A stretch of DNA of 64,000 bases from a virus: IMG/VR virus record IMGVR_UViG_3300045974_000166, positions 1 through 64,000 of that record; one strand, 5' to 3'. Every line of letters begins with the position of its first letter. Within the stretch, counting starts at the first letter, position 1. The notes beneath the pieces were generated by a model. It did no database searches and was not told the origin of the DNA. It was given only the letters and a program-made list of their open reading frames with translations. This document shows positions 18,230 to 26,505 of the stretch, piece after piece. The position numbers were made by a program, and so were the translations under genes.

Positions 18230-18519
18230 TGCCAGCTATTACCAGAGTAGGCGTAGATAATTCTGCTGGCCATGGATTTCCACCAAGACCACCAGATTCT
18301 GCCGGTCAGTCAACTGTGTTTATAAATAGTATACTTGGTACAGTAGTAGGTGCTCATTACCCAGTGCATACGCAGGGATCATCTTCTCATGATGGTAATG
18401 CATCGTCTGGATCCTCTACGGTATTTTTTGAAGGCAAACCAGTTCACAGAATTGGCGATGATATAGATTGCGGAGATGTGTCTGCGGCCGGATCTAGAAA
18501 TGTTTTTGCAGGCGGCTAA
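18229..18519 (+). CDS. 5.4: PAAR tail-spike tip protein (T4 gp5.4-like)
   Basis: MPAITRVG..AGH..GSSTVFFEGKPVHRIGD..CG..GSRNVFAG. Confidence 0.92.
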   Translation: MPAITRVGVDNSAGHGFPPRPPDSAGQSTVFINSILGTVVGAHYPVHTQGSSSHDGNASSGSSTVFFEGKPVHRIGDDIDCGDVSAAGSRNVFAGG

Positions 18520-18535
18520 TTTAGGATTTTACATT

Positions 18536-18718
18536 ATGATAATTAATACACCCACTGGTCCCATCAACTCTGATGATTGCACTTACAAAGAAGGTAACTC
18601 AGAAAACGATAACGAAATTATCCATTGGCAAGAATATTGGCTTGGAGAAGAACTAGTCAAACGCGATGTACAGATGCATCTCAAACAAGGTGTGTTTGGG
18701 AATTCAATTGCTGGTTGA
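18536..18718 (+). CDS. small virion-module protein A' (paralog of 5488-5685)
   Basis: SD AGGA before ATG 18536; IINTPTGPI...IIHWQEYWL.EELVK. Confidence 0.7.
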   Translation: MIINTPTGPINSDDCTYKEGNSENDNEIIHWQEYWLGEELVKRDVQMHLKQGVFGNSIAG

Positions 18719-18725
18719 TTAAATA
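18717..18725 (+). promoter_or_regulatory. putative late promoter GATTAAATA
   Basis: Motif overlapping the stop of 18536-18718. Confidence 0.6.
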
Positions 18726-18756
18726 TACTCAATAATTAAGAAAAGAGGCACCTAAA

Positions 18757-19233
18757 ATTGCAAATACCCAGGCACTATGCACATCATTTAAAACCGAACT
18801 ATTGACCGGTCAACATGTTCTTACCGCAACTAATCCAGCACGGACATTGAATACAGCCGATGTGTTCAAAGCAGCTCTGTATCAAGCAACAGCTACCGTA
18901 GATGCAACTACCACCGTTTATTCAGCAACTAATGAAGTTACTACAGTTACTGGTTATGTCGCCGGTGGCACTGCTGTGACATGGCTTGCACCATCAAGTT
19001 CACCAGTCTCGGCTGCTGCAGGAACTGCATTCACCACGCTGGCAGCATCTATTTCTTGGACTATCACAGGTACTCTGGGCCCATCATTTGATGCAGTACT
19101 GATTTATAATTCTACTCAGGGTAATAAAGCAGTGTCTGTTCATACTTTTACTGCTCAGACTATTACCAATGGCACTTTGACTCTTACGATGCCAACGAAT
19201 AATGCAACTACGGGCCTAGTCCGCTTCGTCTAG
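18757..19233 (+). CDS. virion structural protein B' (paralog of 5697-6170), probable ATT start
   Basis: Frame open from ATT 18757 (in-frame TAA at 18733); SD AGAGG 8 nt upstream; first 20 residues align with paralog. Confidence 0.7.
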   Translation: MANTQALCTSFKTELLTGQHVLTATNPARTLNTADVFKAALYQATATVDATTTVYSATNEVTTVTGYVAGGTAVTWLAPSSSPVSAAAGTAFTTLAASISWTITGTLGPSFDAVLIYNSTQGNKAVSVHTFTAQTITNGTLTLTMPTNNATTGLVRFV

Positions 19234-19242
19234 AAGTACTAA

Positions 19243-20883
19243 ATGGCAACTAAGAGACCAGAATGCTACAATGGCCAACTTAACCTAAAGGCTTCTGGTG
19301 TTCAAATTGAATTCACTGCCGAACAGGTAGATGAATGGATAAAGTGTTCTAAAGATCCAATTTACTTTATCAAGAAGTATGTCAAGGTAATCCACGTTGA
19401 CCGTGGAACTGTGCCTTTTGAGTTGTATGACTTCCAAGAAGACATCATACGGACTTATCACAACAATAGAAAAGCTGTAATTCTTACTGCTCGGCAGATG
19501 GGTAAAACCATTACTACGGCCGCGTATTTTCTTTGGGTGATACTATTCAATTCCGATAAGAACATTGCTATCCTTGCTAATAAGGCGGCCATGGCACGGG
19601 AAATTTTATCTCGTATCCAGTTCGGCTATGAAAATCTACCGTTTTGGATCCAGCAAGGTGTAGTTGTGTGGAACAAAGGTTCTATCGAATTAGATAATAA
19701 CTCTAAGATCTTCACGGCTGCTACGTCTCCCAATGCTATTCGGGGGCAAGCTTGTACCCATGTGTATGTAGATGAAATTGCATTCATTCCAAACAATATA
19801 GCCGAAGAGTTCATGACATCGGTTTTCCCAGTACTTTCTTCTGGTGAAACGACAAAGATCTTTATATCTTCTACGCCTAAGGGCATGAACATGTTCTACA
19901 AGATCTGGGTAGAGGCTAATGCAGGACGGAACGGCTTTGTGCCTGTAAACATCCCATGGTCTGCTCACCCAGCCCGAGATAAGGCTTGGTATGATGAACA
20001 GGTTAAAAATCTTGGTACAGTAAAGGCGGCCCAGGAAGTTGATTGTACATTCTACGGATCATCTAAAACTTTGATTTCTGGTCAGAAAATGGCTACAGTA
20101 CCATTCTTTGATCCCAAATTTATTTCTGGTGGTTTGAAGATGTATGAAGCACCAGTCAAGGGTCATTCGTATGCTTGCACAGTAGATACCTCGCGTGGTC
20201 AGCATTTAGACTTCTCTGCGTTTATCATATTCGACATCAGTACTACACCGTACCGAGTCGTAGCTACGTTCAAAGACAACACAATTGGACTGACTACGTA
20301 TCCGTTCATGATTATGAACACCGTGAAGCAGTACAACGATGCATATTGTCTGATTGAAATCAATGACGCTGGCCAGGAAATTGCTAATACGCTATTTTAC
20401 GAATTTGAGTATGCGAATGTCTATTTCACAGTAAAAGAAAATGTTACCGAGGGTAACGGTTATCCTGGTGTGCGAACTACCAAACGTGTAAAATCTATCG
20501 GTTGTGCGGTGCTTAAAGAACTAGTAGAAGGCGAGGTACTACTACTTAATTCTTTCGACATCATTCAAGAGTTGAATGTCTTTGAACAAAAAGGTGCTTC
20601 GTATCAGGCATCGGATACTAACATCAATGATGACTTGACTACGTGCCTTTGGCTTTTTGCTTGGCTCAGTAAACAACCCATGTTTTCAGATATCACAAAC
20701 ATCAACATTAGACATTTGTTGGCTCAAAAGAACGAAGCTTACATCATGGAAAACATGTCACCATTTGGAGAAGTTTCAGATGGTCTAGAAGATTCTATAA
20801 TGGATTTCAACATGATTCATTCTTCTGGCCCTACTAGAGATCCGTTACAGAATTGGCTTTTGTCGGATGTAAGTTACGATTAA
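19243..20883 (+). CDS. 17: terminase large subunit gp17
   Basis: ARQMGKT Walker A, YVDEIAF Walker B, ISSTPKG, VDTSRG, NDDL nuclease motifs. Confidence 0.97.
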   Translation: MATKRPECYNGQLNLKASGVQIEFTAEQVDEWIKCSKDPIYFIKKYVKVIHVDRGTVPFELYDFQEDIIRTYHNNRKAVILTARQMGKTITTAAYFLWVILFNSDKNIAILANKAAMAREILSRIQFGYENLPFWIQQGVVVWNKGSIELDNNSKIFTAATSPNAIRGQACTHVYVDEIAFIPNNIAEEFMTSVFPVLSSGETTKIFISSTPKGMNMFYKIWVEANAGRNGFVPVNIPWSAHPARDKAWYDEQVKNLGTVKAAQEVDCTFYGSSKTLISGQKMATVPFFDPKFISGGLKMYEAPVKGHSYACTVDTSRGQHLDFSAFIIFDISTTPYRVVATFKDNTIGLTTYPFMIMNTVKQYNDAYCLIEINDAGQEIANTLFYEFEYANVYFTVKENVTEGNGYPGVRTTKRVKSIGCAVLKELVEGEVLLLNSFDIIQELNVFEQKGASYQASDTNINDDLTTCLWLFAWLSKQPMFSDITNINIRHLLAQKNEAYIMENMSPFGEVSDGLEDSIMDFNMIHSSGPTRDPLQNWLLSDVSYD

Positions 20884-20886
20884 ATA
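20878..20886 (+). promoter_or_regulatory. putative late promoter GATTAAATA
   Basis: Motif overlapping the terminase stop. Confidence 0.6.
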
Positions 20887-20909
20887 GAATAAAACAACAG
20901 GGGAACTAA

Positions 20910-21851
20910 ATGGCACTATCTTTCAAAGAACAACTACAAAAGACCGGTATTGGAAATTATCCCGCCGAAGTACTAGCTAATCCTGGATCATATGGTGGTA
21001 CCGGTGGTACCACTCTAAACCCACTCAGCACAGCGACCGGCTTCGTCCCTGTTGGGCTTATTAATACCGCATCGAACACAAACGATGGCGTATTGAAAGA
21101 TTCGGCAGGAACGGCTGTTGCTGCTGTCAAAGCCAATATCATTCCGCAGACTGGTTCGTGGGCAACAATTTCCTCTCTGACCACAGGAAACAACTCAATT
21201 GCCGTTGCTACTACTTCACCAAATGCTACTGGTATTAATGGCCTTGGCCTAGGAACCAAACCTGCGTTGGTAGTTTTGTCTGCTGGAACGGCTACGGCAT
21301 TTGCTCCTGTTCAACCGGGGACTATTATTTGTCCAACTGGCCCGACAGATAATACGGGAGCTTTGGTGGGCTATACGTCTTTTGCAGAAACGGCAACACA
21401 AAGTCACTTAACTCCTGTAGGACTGAGTTTTTATGCTGCAAATTCTGACACTGCAACAAACCCGGGAGGGGGGCTAACTTTTGGTAGTGGTACTGGTGGC
21501 AACGGCGCAGGCGGGGATGGAGGAACTATCTTATTTATTGCTGGCTCAAGTCCCAATAGCATTGGCGGCAGCGTTAATTTAACCCCCGGAACAGGAGTAA
21601 CCCCCGGTAGCGTTAATTTAAATAACGCTAGCGGTTCTCCAACAGTTAGCGTTAACAATAATGGAAGTCTTGGATTCTTCGGTGCCACTCCTGTTGTCAA
21701 ACCAACGGCAGTGGCTAATGCCAACTTCACTAATGGGGCTGGTGCGGCAGTTTTAACTGGATTTAAGTCAGCAGGAGCTAGTGGAGCTAGTGCGTACACG
21801 TTAGGCGACATAGTTACGGCTCTAAAAGCTCTTGGCCTTTTAACTGCTTAA
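20910..21851 (+). CDS. Gly/Ala/Thr-rich virion protein
   Basis: Low-complexity beta-type ORF; GFFGATPVVKP motif and C-terminal LKALGLL. Confidence 0.65.
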   Translation: MALSFKEQLQKTGIGNYPAEVLANPGSYGGTGGTTLNPLSTATGFVPVGLINTASNTNDGVLKDSAGTAVAAVKANIIPQTGSWATISSLTTGNNSIAVATTSPNATGINGLGLGTKPALVVLSAGTATAFAPVQPGTIICPTGPTDNTGALVGYTSFAETATQSHLTPVGLSFYAANSDTATNPGGGLTFGSGTGGNGAGGDGGTILFIAGSSPNSIGGSVNLTPGTGVTPGSVNLNNASGSPTVSVNNNGSLGFFGATPVVKPTAVANANFTNGAGAAVLTGFKSAGASGASAYTLGDIVTALKALGLLTA

Positions 21852-21864
21852 CTGGCAGCACTAA

Positions 21865-23103
21865 ATGGATTTTCAATACGGTGCAGGCAATATGCAGGTA
21901 ACAGGAAGCACCGATGCAGATAATTTTACCTATACAATTTCAGAATTATCAACACCAAATGTCTTAATAAACAAACTAGACAGACTAGACGCACGAGTTT
22001 ATACTTCGGGGACAAGTAGTAATTTTAAAGTCACGCCCATTCAGGGTGTGAACCAGCACACTATTGCTTTTCAATTACTTAGTGGAGATGTAACTTTTGA
22101 TCCTGAAGGAAATATCTTAAGACTATCGGAAAGTAACCTTTCTCTTCAAATGAGTAATGGATTTTGTGCTCATACTATTAACAGAAATTTAACAGGATAT
22201 ACCATTATAGATAGTTGGAAAATAAATTCTTTAACGAAGCATGTTGACGATGCTATTAAAGCGATGGTTTTCGGAAAGACGCCTAGCACTGCACCGGGTG
22301 GAAATTTATTTATTTATACATCCGAAAGTGGTGGTACTGCTGCACCGAACTACGTCAGGAACCCTAACCTATTCACTGGCGGATTGGGCATGGAGGCAAC
22401 CAGTTGCAGCATGGACAATGGCGTGTTTGAGGCGGTGCTGATTTCCCCGCTGCATGTAATAACAAGTCACATGTTCCCGGTTGCTGGTGGAAACATCGTT
22501 TTCAAAGATAGTACAGGAACTTACATAACTCGTACAATTACTAGCGTTCTTCCTGTAGGGGTTAAACAATTTTTATCAGATACCACTTTCGATTATAGTG
22601 GGTTTGCAATTGGAAAATTAAGTGCTCCGATAACAACTATTGAGCCTTTAACAATTGTTCCTGAAAATTTACTGAGCTACATTCCATCTTTACATTACAA
22701 TTCGGACAACATGGTTGGAATACCCGCACTTTCCAAACACCATGTAAATGGAACAAGAATGAGGGTGGCAAGAATAACTGCGGCATCTCAATATGCAAAT
22801 ACTTCAATAGGTATTTTTCCGTATGGTATATTTTCAGCTTACCCAAATTATTCGAATGTAAATTATAACGCATGGTCGAGCAGTGTTACTGGCGGGGATA
22901 GTAACTCTCCCGTTTTTCTTCCAATCAACGGAAAAGCTGTTCTACTAACGTGTCAATGGCAACTTGGTGGTAGTCGACAATTTACATATATGGTTCCAGA
23001 AATCAATGCAGTTATGACTGCGCTCGGTGGTATCGACCCCGCAACCAGTGTCCCGTATCAGGTGAAGCACCCTGACCTGAGCATGTTCAACACGTACCCA
23101 TAA
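21865..23103 (+). CDS. protein with C-terminal trypsin-like serine protease fold
   Basis: AVLISPLHVITSH (His) and GGDSNSP (Ser) motifs; catalytic Asp unclear. Confidence 0.55.
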   Translation: MDFQYGAGNMQVTGSTDADNFTYTISELSTPNVLINKLDRLDARVYTSGTSSNFKVTPIQGVNQHTIAFQLLSGDVTFDPEGNILRLSESNLSLQMSNGFCAHTINRNLTGYTIIDSWKINSLTKHVDDAIKAMVFGKTPSTAPGGNLFIYTSESGGTAAPNYVRNPNLFTGGLGMEATSCSMDNGVFEAVLISPLHVITSHMFPVAGGNIVFKDSTGTYITRTITSVLPVGVKQFLSDTTFDYSGFAIGKLSAPITTIEPLTIVPENLLSYIPSLHYNSDNMVGIPALSKHHVNGTRMRVARITAASQYANTSIGIFPYGIFSAYPNYSNVNYNAWSSSVTGGDSNSPVFLPINGKAVLLTCQWQLGGSRQFTYMVPEINAVMTALGGIDPATSVPYQVKHPDLSMFNTYP

Positions 23104-23149
23104 CCCAATCCCTCGATCTGATTTCCACTCATCTCACCGGGATTACTAA

Positions 23150-23169
23150 GATGGGCCTTTCGGCCCATC
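23150..23169. terminator. hairpin at the convergent junction
   Basis: GATGGGCC-TTTC-GGCCCATC (GAAA tetraloop on - strand). Confidence 0.7.
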
Positions 23170-23505
23170 AAAGTTTTGTTTGGATGATAAGGAACAATTT
23201 CTAATCCTCAGCTTGGCTTAAGCAGCCAGAGCAAATTTCTCGTCGTTTGCAGTTAGAGAGTTTTACTTTTAACGTCTATCTGTGACGAGGTGCCCAAAAA
23301 GATACTCTTTTCGTGGTCGATCGCTATGTCAGCCCCATCAAAAGTACTCATGGCGTATATGGGCGAGTCCATTGCTGGAGAGTTTACCTGGGATGCCAAA
23401 CCTGATCAAGTATTACTACAAGATTTAGAGTACTTTTGGTGGAGCTGCCGGGACTTGCACCCGGGTGTCACAATCATTTCACAATCTGAGTTTACACCCA
23501 TTAGA
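23150..23505 (-). ncRNA. ssrA: circularly permuted (two-piece) tmRNA; tag (A)NDEKFALAA
   Basis: Acceptor piece ends CCGGG-TGCAAGT-CCCGG-CAGCTCC-ACCA at 23437, upstream of the 5' end GGGGCTG at 23336; G3-U70 pair; resume context TAACT-GCA; tag ORF 23250-23218. Outer ends approximate. Confidence 0.92.
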
Positions 23506-23611
23506 TTATAGCTACATTTTGAGCATAGTCTTGCCACTTACTATAAGACTATTCCACAAGCAGAGCTCGAGTATGTAACTTGTGAGGCAAATACTCAAAA
23601 TGTAGCTATAA
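23506..23611 (-). ncRNA. Y-shaped structured RNA element directly 5' of the tmRNA acceptor piece
   Basis: Perfect 18-bp closing inverted repeat plus two internal hairpins. Confidence 0.6.
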
Positions 23612-23615
23612 AAAT

Positions 23616-23624
23616 TATTTAATC
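23616..23624 (-). promoter_or_regulatory. putative late promoter GATTAAATA driving the tmRNA precursor
   Basis: TATTTAATC on + strand just upstream of the Y element. Confidence 0.6.
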
Positions 23625-23658
23625 AATTCTCGAACAATCTGGCAATTGAGTTTTCATG

Positions 23659-23847
23659 TTATTCTAATTCAATTGGCACATCGCGCCATTCAAAGACATC
23701 CGGATCTGATCCGCAGTCATACCAACTGTATCTTGGGGATTGTTGGCACCATTTTTGTTGGAGCACATGGACCGTAGTAACAACTTCCTGATAGCCATTC
23801 ACTGGCTTCCAGCGTTGAACCCAACGCAGTTCTGGAGTCGCAATCAT
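23659..23847 (-). CDS. hypothetical protein
   Basis: LRW...LQQKW...EWRDVP pattern of small phage proteins; ATGA coupling. Confidence 0.6.
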   Translation of the reverse strand: MIATPELRWVQRWKPVNGYQEVVTTVHVLQQKWCQQSPRYSWYDCGSDPDVFEWRDVPIELE

Positions 23848-23981
23848 TTAAATTCTACCGGCTTCCGTTGAACTTGATGTACTGGGTGAAGAATCCATTT
23901 GATACCCAATTGTTCTTTAGCAGCCTTCAGTCGTTCTTCATTGCGCTGGCGCAGTTCAACCATCTCTTTGGTAAGTTCCAT
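23844..23981 (-). CDS. hypothetical protein (KWILHP motif)
   Basis: Start re-set to ATG 23981. Confidence 0.5.
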   Translation of the reverse strand: MELTKEMVELRQRNEERLKAAKEQLGIKWILHPVHQVQRKPVEFK

Positions 23982-23982
23982 T

Positions 23983-24234
23983 TTATATCCCATAGTAAGT
24001 AACAGAATCCTTGCGGAAACTCCTCCAGGCACATTTTTCCATATCGTACACTTTTACGATTTCTTCATTCACAGTAGAAGGCATTTTGTCCTGCACCGGA
24101 TAGTCGGCACGGGGAATGAGAGCCAAGTTCTTGGTACAGATCATAGTCCGTTCAGAACCATCCGATTGCTTGGTGAACTTTACGGTCACCACGGTATCTT
24201 TAAGTAAAGTGTTGAGTTCGGTGATGGTGTTCAT
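23983..24234 (-). CDS. WYL_2/SH3-like small phage protein (paralog of 29518)
   Basis: VTVKFTK..GSERTMICT...VYDMEKCAWRSFR. Confidence 0.7.
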   Translation of the reverse strand: MNTITELNTLLKDTVVTVKFTKQSDGSERTMICTKNLALIPRADYPVQDKMPSTVNEEIVKVYDMEKCAWRSFRKDSVTYYGI

Positions 24235-24446
24235 TTGATAATCTCCAAGTGGTCTGAGGGTACGGTAAAGAAGGGATAGTCGCCCTTGGGATCAAGGGTA
24301 ACTGAGGTGTGAGGTATACGAGTGTAGTATGAATCCTCACGAGCGCAACCGAAGTCGTGCCCATCGAAAATGTAGCAAATGGTTCCGACTTCGACTTCGA
24401 AACGTTTGACAAGCAACTTGTACTTCTGGTGTCCTGAATAGTTCAT
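24231..24446 (-). CDS. hypothetical protein
   Basis: Coupled ORF; start re-set to ATG 24446. Confidence 0.5.
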   Translation of the reverse strand: MNYSGHQKYKLLVKRFEVEVGTICYIFDGHDFGCAREDSYYTRIPHTSVTLDPKGDYPFFTVPSDHLEIIK

Positions 24447-24625
24447 TTTGTACTCTTGGCAATTTCGGCCAGTTCTGAATAATTCTTCATCACAAAAGTA
24501 CATTCAGACGAGGACAGGCCTGCTGCGGCCCTGGCACGCGGATCAAACATATTGTATTTGCCTGAAGCACGAACTGCTTCATATTTGAGCCATTGGGCAA
24601 TCTCTTGGTCGGTAAATTTTTTCAT
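24443..24625 (-). CDS. hypothetical protein
   Basis: YEAVRASGKYNMFDP motif; coupled. Confidence 0.55.
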   Translation of the reverse strand: MKKFTDQEIAQWLKYEAVRASGKYNMFDPRARAAAGLSSSECTFVMKNYSELAEIAKSTK

Positions 24626-24664
24626 TTGATACCCATCTTTTTGTACCAATCGGCAAGTTCTTGT

Positions 24665-24853
24665 TCAGAGAATTTCTTCATTTCTATTCCTTTCTGGATA
24701 GCCTGTATACAGGCAACTATTAATTTTGAAAACAATCTCGGCCAATTTCGGATCGGCGCAACCCTGATCTGGAGGAAAAGCTTGGGCACCAATTTCATTC
24801 CTGAGTCGAATCAAGTCTTCGACGAGATGTTCGTTGACGAAGGGCAATTTCAT
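24665..24853 (-). CDS. hypothetical protein
   Basis: ATGA-coupled small ORF. Confidence 0.5.
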   Translation of the reverse strand: MKLPFVNEHLVEDLIRLRNEIGAQAFPPDQGCADPKLAEIVFKINSCLYTGYPERNRNEEIL

Positions 24854-25059
24854 TTGGTAAGCATCTCGTATTCTTTGGTGATCTGAGCATCAACCCAGTC
24901 GTATGGATCACCAGTACGGGCCTTGGCAACACCATAGGGCATCTGACCGTTGTTTGAGTAATACTCATAGAAGTAATCAAACTGAGCATCAGAGAGGCCC
25001 ATGTTGTTGACCAGATTTTGTCCGGCCTTGCGCAGTTGGACTTCAAAAAAGGTAGTCAT
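24850..25059 (-). CDS. hypothetical protein
   Basis: FDYFYEYY..GQMPYGVAKARTGDPYDW. Confidence 0.55.
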   Translation of the reverse strand: MTTFFEVQLRKAGQNLVNNMGLSDAQFDYFYEYYSNNGQMPYGVAKARTGDPYDWVDAQITKEYEMLTK

Positions 25060-25229
25060 AGCAGGATCCTAAAGTTAGAATTGTCGTATCTGTTTTTGTA
25101 AAGTACTTCGGTCAATTGGGCAGACTCAAAGCCTTCATAAAGTTTCATTGACCAGTAAAGCACAGGTGTCTCAAATGTGTACCCGTAGAAAATGGTGCCG
25201 GAGTGTTTCCGAATTTGCCGGAGTTTCAT
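25056..25229 (-). CDS. hypothetical protein (57 aa, not in ORF track)
   Basis: ATGA overlaps at both ends fill the gap exactly. Confidence 0.5.
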   Translation of the reverse strand: MKLRQIRKHSGTIFYGYTFETPVLYWSMKLYEGFESAQLTEVLYKNRYDNSNFRILL

Positions 25230-25759
25230 GCCATCATTCCATCACGGCGCATCTTGTATTCGCAGCGGTTGATTTCTTCCAGAGCCTCAGCGATTTGGTT
25301 CAGCCGGGTAAAAACCGCGTCATATGCTTGATCGGAAGGGTCGCCATAGGCACCTTCATTATATGCAGCCAACAGTTCTTCCAATTCAAGCTTTTCATTC
25401 ATTAATTCAGATGCAATAGACGGAACCAGGAACTTCGGCAGAGGTTTGGTCGCGGCCTTTTCAGCAGCAACTTCCATCAACTGTTTCCAGTAGCAGGCAA
25501 TGCGCATGGTACCCTTGGCATCAACTTTGCGCCAGTAGGCAATTTGTTTGGGACTCAGGTAGCCGTACTTTTGGTAGAATTCGGCCATCGAGGTGCCCAT
25601 GCGAGCGTGACAGGGTTTGAAACCCATGCCGTTATCGAGACGAGTAGCTTGAGAATCCTGTTCGTCTGCGGTCTGACGATCATTCAGAACCACTAAGGCG
25701 CGAGCAACAGCCTTATCTTTGGTTGCGAGCAGAGAGACGATTTGTTCCTTGGAGACCAT
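25226..25759 (-). CDS. hypothetical early protein
   Basis: First gene after promoter cassette; RQTADEQ...NGMGF..LSPKQ. Confidence 0.7.
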   Translation of the reverse strand: MVSKEQIVSLLATKDKAVARALVVLNDRQTADEQDSQATRLDNGMGFKPCHARMGTSMAEFYQKYGYLSPKQIAYWRKVDAKGTMRIACYWKQLMEVAAEKAATKPLPKFLVPSIASELMNEKLELEELLAAYNEGAYGDPSDQAYDAVFTRLNQIAEALEEINRCEYKMRRDGMMA

Positions 25760-25788
25760 GTTAATTCCTTTGTTTCAGAAGATGGTTT

Positions 25789-25820
25789 ATTATAACCCAA
25801 GAGGGATTATGTGTAAATTA
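25789..25820 (-). promoter_or_regulatory. early promoter cassette TAATTTACA-17-TATAAT
   Basis: -35 25812-17, -10 25789-94, followed by AAACCATCTTC and SD. Confidence 0.85.
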
Positions 25821-26018
25821 ACCGCGGTCAGCCCAAGCCTCGTCGAGGTCGGTTTCAAGTTCTTTGATCAGTTCGGTCAGATCTTTTTCGTAGGAATCGG
25901 TAACATCTGAGTCACCGAGGGCCAGGCGGATTTCGACCATGGCGTTCTGAATCGACCGTTGAGCGTTAACGAGGTGATGAATCTTGTTCATCGAAGCTTT
26001 TGAGAGAGGGCCGGCCAT
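25818..26018 (-). CDS. hypothetical protein
   Basis: Stop lies in promoter cassette; SD before ATG 26018. Confidence 0.55.
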   Translation of the reverse strand: MAGPLSKASMNKIHHLVNAQRSIQNAMVEIRLALGDSDVTDSYEKDLTELIKELETDLDEAWADRG

Positions 26019-26019
26019 T

Positions 26020-26208
26020 TTAGTGTTCTCCCTTACGAGCAATCATATCCAGCGCACCTTGGAAACCATGGTAGCTTTCGGCATAAATCGCTTTTGATGG
26101 AGCCTTGAAGATCTGATACAAACGACGAGTTTGGTTGTACTTGACTTTCCATGTGTCAAATTCCGTTTTGACTGTGATCGTTTCGCCGCGTTGAGTAACT
26201 TCAAACAT
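26020..26208 (-). CDS. hypothetical early protein
   Basis: SD AAAGGAAA after cassette. Confidence 0.6.
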   Translation of the reverse strand: MFEVTQRGETITVKTEFDTWKVKYNQTRRLYQIFKAPSKAIYAESYHGFQGALDMIARKGEH

Positions 26209-26236
26209 GATTTTCCTTTGGTTCAGAAGATGGTTT

Positions 26237-26269
26237 ATTATACTACACCAGAGAATATGTGTAAATTTA
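26237..26269 (-). promoter_or_regulatory. early promoter cassette
   Basis: TTTACA-17-TATAAT-AAACCATCTTC. Confidence 0.85.
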
Positions 26270-26440
26270 CTCCACGTTAACCTGAATTACAACTACTGCA
26301 TAGCCGTCTTCTTTTTCGAGTACTGGGAACATGTCAATAGAATCAATTTCAAACACATTTCCACCACGATTATCATTTACTTCAACTTGCCATTCTTGGG
26401 GCATTCTTTGAAGTTTGGCAACTAATTCGGCTACAGTCAT
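26267..26440 (-). CDS. hypothetical early protein (57 aa, not in ORF track)
   Basis: MTVAELVAKLQRMPQ...; lies between two promoter cassettes. Confidence 0.65.
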   Translation of the reverse strand: MTVAELVAKLQRMPQEWQVEVNDNRGGNVFEIDSIDMFPVLEKEDGYAVVVIQVNVE

Positions 26441-26472
26441 GATTTTCCTTTGAGATTTGGAGAAGATGGTTT

Positions 26473-26504
26473 ATTATACTACAACTAGTATTATGTGTAA
26501 ATTA
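26473..26504 (-). promoter_or_regulatory. early promoter cassette
   Basis: TTTACA-17-TATAAT-AAACCATCTTC. Confidence 0.85.
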
Positions 26505-26505
26505 T

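Noticed and set aside
23290-23511. 73-aa + strand ORF
   Set aside because: It is antisense to the tmRNA, which explains the sequence far better
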